A stretch of 64,000 nucleotides of DNA from Eledone cirrhosa. Lineage: Eukaryota. The notes under the pieces are model-generated. The model searched no databases, was not told the DNA's origin, and was given only the letters and a program-made list of their open reading frames with translations. Shown piece by piece: positions 38,839 to 51,372 of this stretch. How positions within the stretch are numbered: position 1 is the stretch's first letter; each line of letters starts with the position of its first letter. The stretch spans positions 9,920,001 through 9,984,000 of the forward strand of contig OZ024755.1 of NCBI GenBank assembly GCA_964016885.1, read 5' to 3'. The position numbers and the translations under genes are program-made.

Positions 38839-39053
38839 TTAACCCTTTAGCATTTACATTACTCTATATATACTATTATATTTTCACAGTAAAGGCTTTA
38901 TCTCACATAATATTGAATCTATGAAATTTTTAAAGTATTTATTTTGAGAACAATACCTTAACATCAGTTTGAGCGACCAGCTACAGCCATTTTCAACAGA
39001 AAGAGGTAGAGAATTCTGGCTGGTTTTGGCCGGTTTGAACATTAAAGGGTTAA
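38839..39053 (+). mobile_element. piggyBac-like MITE family B (clean copy)
   Basis: TTAA-CCCTTTAG ... TAAAGGG-TTAA. Confidence 0.9.
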
Positions 39054-39054
39054 A

Positions 39055-39219
39055 ACTCATTATTTAGCCTTAATAAAATGAATATTTAAACTCTACTTCG
39101 ATGTTGAGTACTCTTTTCTCTCGGCTGTCAACTACATACGTATATACAGCGGAGAGAAAAGAATACTCAATACCGAAGTAAAGTTTAAATATTCATTTTA
39201 TTAAGGCTAAATAGTGAGT
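39055..39219. repeat. Foldback inverted repeat (~74-bp arms, 17-nt loop)
   Basis: actcattatttagccttaataaaatgaatatttaaact.tacttcg...ctctc.gctgt / acagc.gagag...cgaagta.agtttaaatattcattttattaaggctaaatagtgagt. Confidence 0.9.
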
Positions 39220-39524
39220 CTTGTTACTCTGGAGTACAATGGCACCAGCTCTAGAGATGTTGTCATGTACTTGGTAAGACTAGAGATTCTTTTCTGCTCT
39301 ATGTCTTTGGTCGATTGCCAACCACTTTACAGAGTGTACTGAGTGCATTTTATGATGGCATGGGCACTAGAGGTAGTTACATACATATGACAGTGTGGTA
39401 GGAAATTTGAGTAAACAGCACAGGTAAAGGTATACTTCACTCTATGGTTAAGGGCACCAAATGACAAGAATTTAGAGAATTAAGCCCACATGATCTTAAA
39501 TGAAAAAAAATATTACCAATATAA

Positions 39525-39810
39525 TAATGGTTTCTGATTTAGGCACAAGGCCAACAATTTTCAAAGGGAAAGTCGATTAAATCGACTTCAGTGCATTACT
39601 GGTGCTTTATTTTATAGACCCAGTAAGGATGAAAAACAAAGCTAACCTTGGCGGGAGGTTTTGCTAATATAATAATGATTTCTGATTTAGGCACAAGGCC
39701 AACAATTTGAGGGGAAGGGAAAGTCGATTAAATTGACCCCAGTGCGTTACTAATGATTTATTTTATCGACTCTGTAAGGATGAAAAGCAAAGCTAACCTC
39801 AGCGGGAGGC
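39525..39810 (-). mobile_element. Tandem pair of 5'-truncated SINE A (long form)
   Basis: Two ~150-bp units, each truncated at ggcgggagg.tttgc.aatatataataat. Confidence 0.8.
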
Positions 39811-40166
39811 TTTGCCAATATAATAATAAGAGGAGGAAGAAGTGCTCTTAATAAAGAAGAGCAATAAAGTTAAGTGTAATAACTTGAACAAGTTTATATT
39901 GCGCAGTTGGACCATAAGAGTTTCTGGAATATGATTAATGATATTTCATTTTGAGATTTGTTTTACTGGGAGGGTCATGTTGCCGATCAAAGTACATGTA
40001 CTGTCTGAGCTTCACTTCAGTCATGATATTCAGCGCTATCTTTAAGGCCAACTAGCTGCCTAGCATGCAGACCTCAGAGGTACACATTAATGAAACTTAG
40101 AGGATCATTGCCATCATGATTTATACAAATTTTGTATAATTTTGTATAATTTGATTAAATATATAA

Positions 40167-40435
40167 TTGCTTCTACTTTTAGTACAAGGCCAGCAATCTG
40201 AAGGGGGGTGGAGAATGTCAATTAAATAGACCCGAACTGGTGCTTTGTTTTATTGACTCCATAAGGATGAAAGGCAAAGGTAACCTCAATGGGATTTGAA
40301 CTCAGACTGTAAAGGGCTGTAACTATATGCCACAAAGCATGTCTGATGCCTTAAATTACTTGCTCAGTCCAGGAATCAAACTCACCTCACAATTGTGAAT
40401 CCAACGCTCTAACCACTAAGCCAAACATCTTCACA
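40167..40435 (-). mobile_element. SINE family A plus adjacent family B head
   Basis: Family A body to ~40350, then ccaggaatcaaactcac...ctctaaccactaagcca. Confidence 0.7.
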
Positions 40436-41478
40436 GATATAAATAAAGTGAAAATATTTAAAGGAGCCAGTAATTCATGGTTTGAGACACAGCTGTCAAA
40501 CTAATAAAGTATATGCTGTACAAGTAAACAGAAAGGAAAGGCAAATTGCATCATTAAAGAAGTGTGCTTTCTCATCACCAAATCTAAATTTAATTGCTCT
40601 AAAATTTTTAAAGTACAATTGGCCAGATACTTAGATCTTAACATCTGTGTCAACATGCTTGTAAAAGTTGATCATGAATGGAGAAAGATGTATAGTTTGG
40701 TGGATTTCTTCAGTGATCTACTTTTGCTTTGACTGTCGTCTTGAGTTGTTCTGTTGATGTTGTAATAACACCAAAGCTTGTAGTACGACTACATGCTTTA
40801 CATGCCGTCAAATTACATAACAGCTTGCTGCTCTTTTATAACCCCCTCTTTTATGTCCACAACACTCTTACATTTACTTATTTATTTATTACATTTATTT
40901 AGTTCTTGTTTCAGCTATCTCTCTCTCTCTCTCTCTCTGTCTCTCTATCTGTCTGCCCCACTCTCTCTCTGCTTTCATGCTTATATTGTCAGGAAAGAGA
41001 GAGAGAGAGAGAGAGGAGATAGAGGGAGAGAGAAAGAGAAGAGGAAACGAGATAGAGATGAAGGGAGAGTGTGAGGGAGAGGGAGGGTGAGAGGGACAAG
41101 AGAGAGAGAGACGGACGAAGAAAAAAAAAGGGTGGAGTGTTAAAAAGGAAAAAACTAGTTTGATAAAACATTGCTAAGTATTCTCTGCCAGTTTTTGTTT
41201 AGTAAAGTTTTTTGGAGAATGGCAACTAGTATATCTTCTTTCCTTAGAATATTTCACTAAAAACCACAACTTACAGTGTTTGTATGTCATTAAATTTGAG
41301 TAAAATTTCGCTTGTGAGTATTTTTCTCTTCCTTTCTTTTCCACTCCTACCCCCTCCTCCAATCTTGTTTCACAAACCTAAAAGTTGAGTTTCACACATA
41401 TACATTCTATTATTAATGCCTTTGTGAATGTTTATGAATGAATGTTGATGTGTGTGTGTGTATATATATATATGTATG

Positions 41479-42084
41479 TCAGGTCACCAGTTGGTGCTAC
41501 TGGTAACATGTATCCCAGTACAACCTGTCTCATGGTCAGGTCGTTGGCGACTAAACTGGCAACCCCACCAAGGTTTCTTGGTGAGGAGGGTGACTTTGGA
41601 CATCCTGCAGGACTAAAAACAAAACCTGTCAAAGGGCAAAGGAGCTCTTAAGAGTCAATGGCCATCCAAAATCACCGGGAGAGATGACCCCCTTAACCTT
41701 TGTCAAGGCAGAATTCTAGAAGGAAAACTCTGATATAACACCTGCAACCCTGATGATATCCAATTATATTGACTTGTTCTTCTTTTTGGTAAATATCATC
41801 TTGGTTAAGAGAGTGGGACTGGCTTTGTGCAACGCCTTTGCTCACTCTAAAAGCTTCACGGCACAGGCATTGCTTTATATCTGGAGATCTCTCTGCACTT
41901 GTCGTCACATGGTACCATGGGCCCAGCACTATGTGTCAATAATTGTCACAAGTGTAGTGTTTGTACCAGAGTTTTCAAGTTGCTTGCTGGACTAAAAAGT
42001 CACACTCGTTCAGCCCATCGGTAGGGGTTTTCCTACATGGATATAAAGTAGTGGCCTTACTCGAAAACGAGTTGGCAGCCACCA
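41479..42084 (+). mobile_element. Internally deleted (bipartite) RTE-like retroelement with C-terminal C2H2 finger remnant
   Basis: GC-richer UTR-like 5' part to ~41760. 3' part encodes KCSVCTRVFKLLAGLKSHTRSAHR* with a short 3' UTR, between (TA)n tracts. Confidence 0.5.
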
Positions 42085-42479
42085 TATATATATATATATA
42101 TATGTGCATCACCTTCATCATTATTTAATATCAACTTTCCCTGCCAGCAAGGGTTGCACTGGTCTTCACAGAATGAGTCAGTACTGTAGTGGGGCTACAG
42201 ACCTCCTAGAGTATTTTATTCAGAATAGTTGATAGTTGTATTTCAATTTGAGAAAGTTTCCAAGTTGATTACAAATATATGGAACAGGGTATATTTTAAG
42301 AAATTTTTAAAACTGCACAAATCTTTGAAGCAGGTGCCATCACCCTGTCTTTGTTATCCTCTATGTCTTAGAAGCATTTGTAATGCCTAGTTTAAACATT
42401 TTTATGACTGTTTTGTCTTTTAACCATCATTTACCATGTAAGAACATTTTTGAAAAAAAAATCTAAACTTCTACTTATT

Positions 42480-42810
42480 CCTGAGAGGGCCATGGGGACA
42501 AAGTCTTCAAACACACCTTCCTGCAGGTCCTGTCAGAAACAACTGTCTAAAATTGATCTGGCTGAATTCCCAAGCAAGACCAGCTAAGCTCACGGATATT
42601 ATCCAACCATCTCACTCGGGGTCTACCTTTGGGTCTCCTTGTCAGTTGGTTTTGCCTGTAAAATCTGTCCAGCAATTCTTTCCTGATACATTCTAACCAC
42701 CTGCCCATAATATCAGAGCTGTGTTCAATTTGGAGAAGTAGCAGCTCTACTTGGAGCAACTCTCTGATCTCTAAACTAAGCACCTCATTTGAGTCATGTT
42801 CAGACCCTTC
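42480..42810 (-). mobile_element. RTE LINE 3' fragment
   Basis: EIRELLQVELLLLQIE...RRPKGRPRVRWLDNIRELSWSCLGIQPDQ. Confidence 0.85.
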
Positions 42811-44721
42811 AGAGGACCTCTATTTTACAGGGGTCAACAGCACATTAAAATAATTACTGGAGCTAAGACCTTAATCTGTGTCCATTGATGAATGGAGATT
42901 ATTGAAACTATTTATTGATATCAGTTGATGTCAGTGTTTCACTTTGTTTTGGTGTTTTTCTATCAAAAGTTATTTAGCTATGATGGAACTGATATACAAA
43001 TATTTGGCAAAGAATAAAAGAAAGTACATTTATAACATTTCTAGAACTTAACTGACTAGAAATAATTTTCATAAAAATATGTTCTGTTTAACCCTTTCAT
43101 TAGCATATTTCTGATGGAAGATACAGTCTATGGTTTTCAAATAGTTTTGAAAATAATCAAGAACTTTGAGGGATTTAGTAGTATAACAAAGCTGATGTTT
43201 TGAGTATAACAAATCTTTTTACATAAAATTATGATGGGTGGTTATTAAATAAATGTAAACACCTAAAAATAAAGTTCTCTATCATAAAAGCAGGGACAGT
43301 TTCAAATGGTTTTCTCCCAACCTTTTCATTAACAAGGACCCCACCCCCACTATGAATTACTCCCCTGATAGATTGTTATGCACTGATAATAACAATCAAT
43401 GGGGAGAACTGTTTATACTCAGAGAAGAATGGATACTTAATAGTGTGTGTATTATATTTATAACAAAATAGTTGAAATTTTGAACTTGGTTTACAGATCC
43501 CCAATATTACCTTTGTGGAGCCCCTAGTATTACAATTGTGGGCCCCAGGTACTACTTTTGTGAACCTCCAGGTAAGGAACTGTTGGTCTAGGTAGTATTC
43601 AGAATGAACATTTTCGTAATATTTATGCTATTAAAAATATGTTAGGCTTAAATTGGTTCTGAAAATAATCTTTTACAAAGTAAATGATTATTTTTGGTTA
43701 AATATTCATCTGTTAACAGGAACAGAGCTCTCTAACTTCTTTACTAATTTTTCTTTTTAATGGATGACAAAAAAAACAGCGATTTGAATTTTGAAATTTA
43801 ATAGCAAATCTGTTATTTAATAACGTTGCTATAAAACCTTTGCTTCCTTTCTTTACCGTTATCAGATGAAAGTGTTTCAAGAAAATATATTCTACTATCA
43901 TGCAGAATATATTTTCTTTATATTTAATAATGTTTTTAGTAAAATATGCTAATATCTGACTCTTCTTAGATGTCCTAGTTTATTGTCTGTCTTGTGTAAT
44001 TTGTCCTCCTCACTCTGTTGTTGCTTTATGACTAAGAAGAAATATTAGCATAGCAACACCAACAAAGAAGAATGAAAGGATAAAGGAAAGAAAACTGCTG
44101 AATCATCATCATCATTGCCAATATTACCACCATCACAGCCACCATCATCATCATCCTTATCACCACAATCATCATTGCTGCCGACGCCATTGTTATTTGA
44201 AGTCTGGTTTTTTTTCTCCATGCAAGCAAAGATTCAACAGTGACAGGTCATTTCAAACCAAGTCAGTACTTAATTAGAGCTACTGACCACTCAGATAGGC
44301 CAGGGTGACCTGGATCTATTTACATACATTCCTGCTCTCTTCTGAGTGCACTGGGTGCATTTTATCAGGGCACTAATATTAGGAGGTTATCATGTCTTTG
44401 ACACAACTGAAGAGTTCTTATGTAAGAACTGTTGTTAAGTTATGCCCCAAACACCAGTTCAATAATAAGGAAGTTAGTTATATAAATATTTTCAAAATGA
44501 TTTGAAAATCATAGGCAGTGTCTTTCATTTGAATTTAAGACCCAGGCAGCTGGAAGGAATACCACAAAACATTCTATCAACTCTGCCAATTTGCTGCTTT
44601 AAAATGTTTATATATATTTAAAAACTTTGCTGTAATTTTATGTTCGAAATACCAGCTTAATAATGAAAATGTGAGTTATATTACCAAATTCTTCAACATT
44701 TTTGATTATTCTAAAATTGAT

Positions 44722-44921
44722 TTAACTGGCCATATCTGGCCAGAATTCCCTCACTTCTTTCTGTCCAAACCAGCTGTAACTGGCCACTCATACCAACGTT
44801 AAGGTGTTCTTTTCAAAATTAATAATATCAAAATCTCATAGATTCAATATTATGTGAGATAAAGCTTTTACCACAAAAATACAATAGTAAATATAGAGTA
44901 ATGTGAATGCTTAAGGATTAA
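44722..44921 (-). mobile_element. piggyBac-like MITE family B
   Basis: Matches 32279-32499. Confidence 0.8.
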
Positions 44922-45769
44922 AAAATCATAAGCAGTATATTTCATTAGAAATATAGTAACAAAATAGTTAAAATAAACACTTTTGTACCATAGAACCATG
45001 AGTGGTTTCAGATGGTTTGATATGGAAAGGGTTTAACAGTAACTTTCGCAACTCTTTGACTTGTTTTGTGAATCTCATCTGTTGCTGTTTTGAAAAGTGA
45101 AAACGGAAACATTAGACAATTGTTATTTCCATTTATATCTTGTATCACCTCTAATAAGGGTTGTGTCACACTTACCCACTTAACTCTAGTACTGGCTTGA
45201 AAATAGCCATGAATGAATGCAAACATTTATAAATATATTTTCAGAAACCTTTTAACATCTAATTTCATTCCATTGTTTCATAATTATATTCGTCACCCCA
45301 ACATCACTATTATTTTAACTACTATATATATGTTCAAGCTTTCATCTTAATACCCCCCCCCCCCCCCCCCCCCCAATGGTTAGATTTGTTGTCTTCTTTG
45401 ATCATATTTAGACTTTCTTGTGTTGCAGATGTGGTGACACATATAAAGCTTAAAATATATTTGGTACCATGTAAAATATTGGGGACATAATAGGCCTGCT
45501 TTTAGTTGTACTGGCTCAAGTGCCATTATTTTGTAAAAGTCTAGCTGTCTCCCATTCTGTTATAAATAGTGGCAACCCTAATTATTCTTGATTGTGTAGC
45601 AAACTTCTTAACCACTCAGTCATGCTTCTGCCCATTCTTATATAGTTTCATATTTTTGACAGCATAAAAACTGTTTGTATGGAATAGACACACACACACC
45701 TTTTTTTTTTAAATGTGGGCATCCCAAATACAGAAAATAGCTAATAAATTCAGGGCCTTCTCACTCCTA

Positions 45770-46045
45770 TTGGAGGAACCCTTCCCTTGTTGACCTTCAC
45801 TGATTCCTATCTCTGGCCATACTGGACCATGTGGGGGCCACGGTATTGGGATCAGATTGTCACGCCATTTTGCCTTTGGTCGTCTTCTGGTTGTTCTCCA
45901 CTCCCTTGGTGTCCACTTTGTCCCTTTAGTAATCCACTGAAATGAGTGATGTGGCCAGCCCTTCTATGTTTGTCCTTCTTGATGGTCCTGATCATGTCCT
46001 TCACTCAAGTCTGCTGCCAAATCTAGGTGTTGCTCTTACTGTCAT
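45770..46045 (-). mobile_element. RTE-like LINE 3' fragment (second family)
   Basis: Decayed RWAGHI / RW.D region on the minus strand. Confidence 0.45.
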
Positions 46046-46614
46046 TACCTTACAAATACTGCAGTTGTAGGTGTATTTATACATACAATAGTCTATATAA
46101 CAATTTGTTACACATTACCACATAGCTTCTCCTGAATGGAGAATGGGATGTATGTAGCTATTTAAAGTATTGTATGATGGAGAGAAAGTCCATTGAAGGG
46201 GAGGGAGGAAAGGTTGCTTTAGTCCTGTCATACTCCTCAATGTAGTAGCTGTTTATATTATGAAGGAGGAAAAGTTCATTGTTGTAGAGGGAGGGAAAGG
46301 TCACTGTAGTCCTGTCATAGTCCCTAATGGAGAATGGGATGTGTGTAGTTGTTTAAAGTATGAAGGAAGGAAAGGTGACCTGTCATGTTACACACAGTTG
46401 TCAACTGGATTTAAAACCTGCCCACATAACTTAGAATTTTTATTTGTTATTGTGTTACCTTCCTTTTTCCACAAGTTCAGTAAGGATGTTATTTAATAAC
46501 CTACAAACTTTTCAGTTACATTACATAAATTTCTTCTACATTTATACTTTGTTAGTTAGCTTAACATATTTTTACTACTTCAGCTTATCCCTCACAGTCA
46601 CTTTGTGTCTTTTC

Positions 46615-46900
46615 TTTTATTCTTTTACTGGGTCCAGTCATTAGACTGTGGTAATGGTGGCGCACTGCCTTCATTTAGTTGATCATATAGACCCCAGTCC
46701 TATTTTACTGTTATCAGTTCATTAGACTGCAGCCATGCTGGGGTAGACTGTCTTGATTTATTGAATTATATGAACCTCAGTACTCTTTTACTGGTTTCAG
46801 TCACTAAACTACCACCATGCTCAGACATACTGCCTTAATTTAGGCTATCACATTGACCCCAGTACTCTTTTACTTGTGCCTATCACTAAACTGCTGCCTT
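46615..46900. repeat. Tandem ~80-bp units derived from a SINE-E end (x4)
   Basis: ttttact.gtttcagtcattagactg..gccatgct...gaccccagtactc repeated. Confidence 0.65.
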
Positions 46901-47239
46901 GCAGGAATAAATTACATCATTGTTGTATAAAACAACTCCAGAGTACCGCCATGTCCGTGTAAGTTTTTTTTGTAAACATGTACCATGTCATCCATCATAC
47001 TCTCAACCATACAAACATATTTCACTACAATATACAGTTTCTCATCATGTTAAAAAATGTAAAACAACAGGATGTTTAGCATTTTGTGTAGAAGTTCTCA
47101 CTAAGTGTATTTGCAATCTTGCTATTTGAAATATGTATTTTTAAGCTAAGTAAAAATGTCTGAAAATGTTGATTCATGTATAATATAATACCTCATTTTT
47201 TTGCTCATAATCTTACTTCAAAATTTCATGTATTAAGCA

Positions 47240-48710
47240 CAAGAAAATACAAGATACTATGAACATTTGAATTAGCAAATGGCATGAAGCCATATTACTA
47301 AGACATCAGTACGTTTGCATCATATTAAACATTAAAATCTTAAGTTTTACTTCAAATTTTCGCAATGATCTCTCCATTGGAAACAAACCATATGAAACTA
47401 CATTAGCTAGACATTGAAAAGTATAAAACAGTACTATGATTGTTTCATATTATAAATTTATATCTTTAATTTACTGCAAATTTTCACAAAATCTGTTCAC
47501 TAATAAAAATACTATAAACATTTAAATTAACAAACAAGAACAAGCCATATTACCAAGACATTCTTGAAAAGTACAACACAGCACATCTGCATCACATGAA
47601 CATTTCAAGTCTTTCCTTAACCCTTTAGCATTTAAATTACTCTATATTTACTATTGTATTTTCACGGTAAACACTTTATTTCTCATAATTATCACACATA
47701 ATATTGAATCTATGAAATTTTGATATTATTTATTTTGAGAACAATACCTTAACATAAGTATGAGTAGCTGGCTATGGCCGGTTTGATCAGAAAGAGATGA
47801 GAGAATTATGACTGGATATGATTGGTTTAAACACTAAAGAGTTAACTTTACTGCAAATTTTATAAAATCTGTCCACTAATAAAGATACTATAAACATTGC
47901 AATTAACAAAGTTGCTTTTTAGTATTTGCTGCTAACTCATTACAGGATGTTATGAGTTAGAATGAGTTAGTTCATTCTATCTGGCACACTACTTGTCTTT
48001 CATTCACCTTTTGTTTAATTAACTGACATGTTCTCCTCCTTCTTACATTTGGTCATTACTTTATAATTGGTCTATGGCCAAATGTTAAAGTGGATATATG
48101 TACCTTCCTGCTCCTTAACCCTTTTCACACCAAACTGCCTGAAACTACCCCTGGTTCTATGATAACAGAATTGTTTGTTTTAAAGTGTTTATATTCCCAT
48201 CGTCTATTAACATAAGAACTTTTGTTGCATAAGAACATTTGCTAAGTTATGCTCCAAACACCAACATCCTGTACCTTATGAAACCACATTAACAAAACAT
48301 TCTTGAAAAGTATAAAACAGTACTACGACTGCTTCACATTAACTCTTAATGTTCTGTACCATATGAAACCACATTAGCAAGACATTCTTAAAAAAAGTAC
48401 AAAACAGCAATATGACTGCTTCATTTGGACACAACAAAAAGCAGCTTATATTCTTTTTAAATCTGTGGCGAATTGGTAAAGTTATTAGGGCAACAGATTA
48501 AAAATGCCTTCATGTTTAACAAGACATTCCTGAAAAGTACAAAACATCACTATGACTGCATCGCATTAAATATTGGAGTCTTTACTTTAGTTTACTGCAA
48601 ATTTTCACAAAGGTCTGCCCAACAGTAAAGATACTATAAACATTTGAATTTATAAAACTACTTTTCGATATTTTCTGCTATATCATTACAAGATGTTAAG
48701 AGTTAAAATC
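47240..48710. repeat. Locally amplified diverged repeat (also 34170-34370), interrupted by MITEs B and C
   Basis: gacattcttgaaaagtacaaaacagcactatgactgc...tttactgcaaattttcacaaa...aagatactataaacatttgaatt recurs several times. Confidence 0.65.
47617..47845 (+). mobile_element. piggyBac-like MITE family B
   Basis: TTAA-ccctttagc ... ctaaagag-TTAA. Confidence 0.85.
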
Positions 48711-49077
48711 TAAGGAAGATGAGTTTCTTTGATTTCACTCCTCTTATCATAGCCACATTGTTATCATTGTTGAGTTTCTATGGTTAATCTCAAACAAGAA
48801 GCTTATATTAGAACTAATATCTTCATGTCCACACATCAGATTAACTTTAACCATTCTATTTTTTCTTGTTTTACTACTAGCCTCACTATTATGTTTGAAG
48901 TAGATTTTATAAGTTTCCTTTGTATGATATTATTTCTTGATCCCATTAATGATAAAGTCATGGAATAATCTTATGTTGGGTACACACATTTTCTTCTAGT
49001 GTACTACTATTGTTACTTCAATGATTAGTATCAGGAATCTGCTAAGTTGCAGCTTCTTCTCATGATAATAATAATAA

Positions 49078-49480
49078 TTGTTTCTACTTTAGGCACAAGG
49101 CCAGTAATTGTTGGGGAAAGGGAAAAATCGATTAAATCAACCCCAGTGTGTTACTGGTGCTTTATTTATTGACCTCGTAAGGATGAAAGGCAAAGCTAAC
49201 CACTGCGGGATTTGAACTCAGAATGTAAAGGGTTCTATCTCTATGCTACAAAGCATGGTGTCCGACACTCTACCAATGCTTCCAATCCATCGCCCTAATA
49301 ATAATAATAACAATAATAATGATTTCATAATGATTTCTGATTTATACACAAGGCCAACAATTTCAGGGGATGGGAAAGTCGATTAAATCGACCCCAGTGG
49401 TACTTTATTTTATCGACCCTTGGAAGGATGAAAGTTGACCTTGGCTGGCTCTGAAGTCAGTGTGTCAAGGGCTGTAACTT
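49078..49480 (-). mobile_element. Two SINE family A copies (long form)
   Basis: Full copy 49078-49296 inside (AAT)n; partial copy 49330-49480. Confidence 0.85.
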
Positions 49481-51372
49481 TCATGTAGTTTCATGTGGTC
49501 TGGTATTATGAACAAGGTGTTGTTTCATGTGGTTTGGTATCATAGAACCAGGGATGGTTTCATGTAGTTGGGTATCATAGAACCAGGGATGGTTTCATGT
49601 GGTTTGGTATCATAGAACCAGGGATGGTTTCATGTGGTTTGGTATCATAGAACCAGGGATGGTTTCATGTGGTTTGGTATCATAGAACCAGGGATGGTTT
49701 CATGTAGTTGGGTATCATAGAACCAGGGATGGTTTCATGTAGTTGGGTATCATAGAACCAGGGATGGTTTCATGTGGTTTGGTATCATAGCACCAGGGAT
49801 GGTTTCATGTGGTTTGGTATCATAGCACCAGGGATGGTTTCATGTGATTTGGTATCATAGAAACAGGGTTGGTTTCATGTGGTTTGGTATCATAGAACCA
49901 GGGATGGTTTCATGTAGTTGGGTATCATAGAACCAGGGATGGTTTCATGTAGTTGGGTATCATAGAACCAGGGATGGTTTCATGTGGTTTGGTATCATAG
50001 CACCAGGGATGGTTTCATGTGGTTTGGTATCATAGCACCAGGGATGGTTTCATGTGATTTGGTATCATAGAAACAGGGTTGGTTTCATGTGGTTTGGTAT
50101 CATAGAACCAAGGATGGTTTCATGTGGTTTGGTATCATAGCACCAGGGATGGTTTCATGTGATTTGGTATCATAGAAACAGGGTTGGTTTCATGTGGTTT
50201 GGTATCATAGAACCAAGGATGGTTTCATGTGGTTTGGTATCATAGCACCAGGGATGGTTTCATGTGATTTGGTATCATAGAACCAAGGATGGTTTCATGT
50301 GGTTTGGTATCATAGCACCAGGGATGGTTTCATGTAGTTTGGTATCATAGAAACAGGGTTGGTTTCATGTGGTTTGGTATCATAGAACCAGGGATGGTTT
50401 CATGTAGTTTGGTATCATAGAAACAGGGTTGGTTTCATGTGGTTTGGTATCATAGAAACAGGGTTGGTTTCATGTGGTTGGGTATCATAGAACCAGGGAT
50501 GGTTTCATGTAGTTTGGTATCATAGAAACAGGGTTGGTTTCATGTGGTTTGGTATCATAGAACCAGGGATGGTTTCATGTAGTTGGGTATCATAGAACCA
50601 GGGATGGTTTCATGTGGTTGGGTATCATAGAACCAAGGATGGTTTCATGTGGTTTGGTATCATAGCACCAGGGATGGTTTCATGTGATTTGGTATCATAG
50701 AACCAGGGATGGTTTCATGTAGTTTGGTATCATAGAACCAGGGATGGTTTCATGTGGTTGGGTATCATAGAACCAGGGATGGTTTCATGTAGTTTGGTAT
50801 CATAGAACCAGGGATGGTTTCATGTGGTTTGGTATCATAGAACCAAGGATGGTTTCATGTGGTTTGGTATCATAGAACCAAGGATGGTTTCATGTAGTTT
50901 GGTATCATAGAAACAGGGTTGGTTTCATGTGGTTTGGTATCATAGAACCAGGGATGGTTTCATGTGGTTGGGTATCATAGAACCAGGGATGGTTTCATGT
51001 GGTTTGGTATCATAGAACCAGGGATGGTTTCATGTGGTTTGGTATCATAGAAACAGGGTTGGTTTCATGTGGTTTGGTATCATAGAACCAGGGATGGTTT
51101 CATGTAGTTTGGTATCATAGAACCAGGGATGGTTTCATGTGGTTTGGTATCATAGAACCAAGGATGGTTTCATGTAGTTTGGTATCATAGAAACAGGGTT
51201 GGTTTCATGTGGTTTGGTATCATAGAACCAAGGATGGTTTCATGTAGTTTGGTATCATAGAAACAGAGTTGGTTTCATGTGGTTTGGTATCATAGAACCA
51301 GGGATGGTTTCATGTAGTTTGGTATCATAGAAACAGGGTTGGTTTCATGTGGTTTGGTATCAAAAGAGTTAA
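49480..51372. repeat. 35-bp satellite array (52 in-register units, 49541-51360) ending in a MITE-C terminus
   Basis: Unit catagaaccagggatggtttcatgtggtttggtat; 1820 bp = 52 x 35; the last unit runs into caaaagagTTAA. Confidence 0.97.

Larger units (their letters stand above)
37594..38842. mobile_element. TTAA-flanked element with ~80-bp inverted termini enclosing two minisatellites
   Basis: 37596-37675 (aagcttctctgtattgttgctgg..gcggctcttttctac..tcatttccttca) is the diverged reverse complement of 38761-38840. Confidence 0.6.

Noticed and set aside
41945-42025. Host C2H2 zinc-finger gene
   Set aside because: Single finger, no TGEKP linker, frameshifted upstream, and sits at a retroelement-like 3' end.
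49480-51372. CRISPR-like array of 35-bp repeats
   Set aside because: Units are head-to-tail with no unique spacers, there are no cas genes, and the context is eukaryotic.
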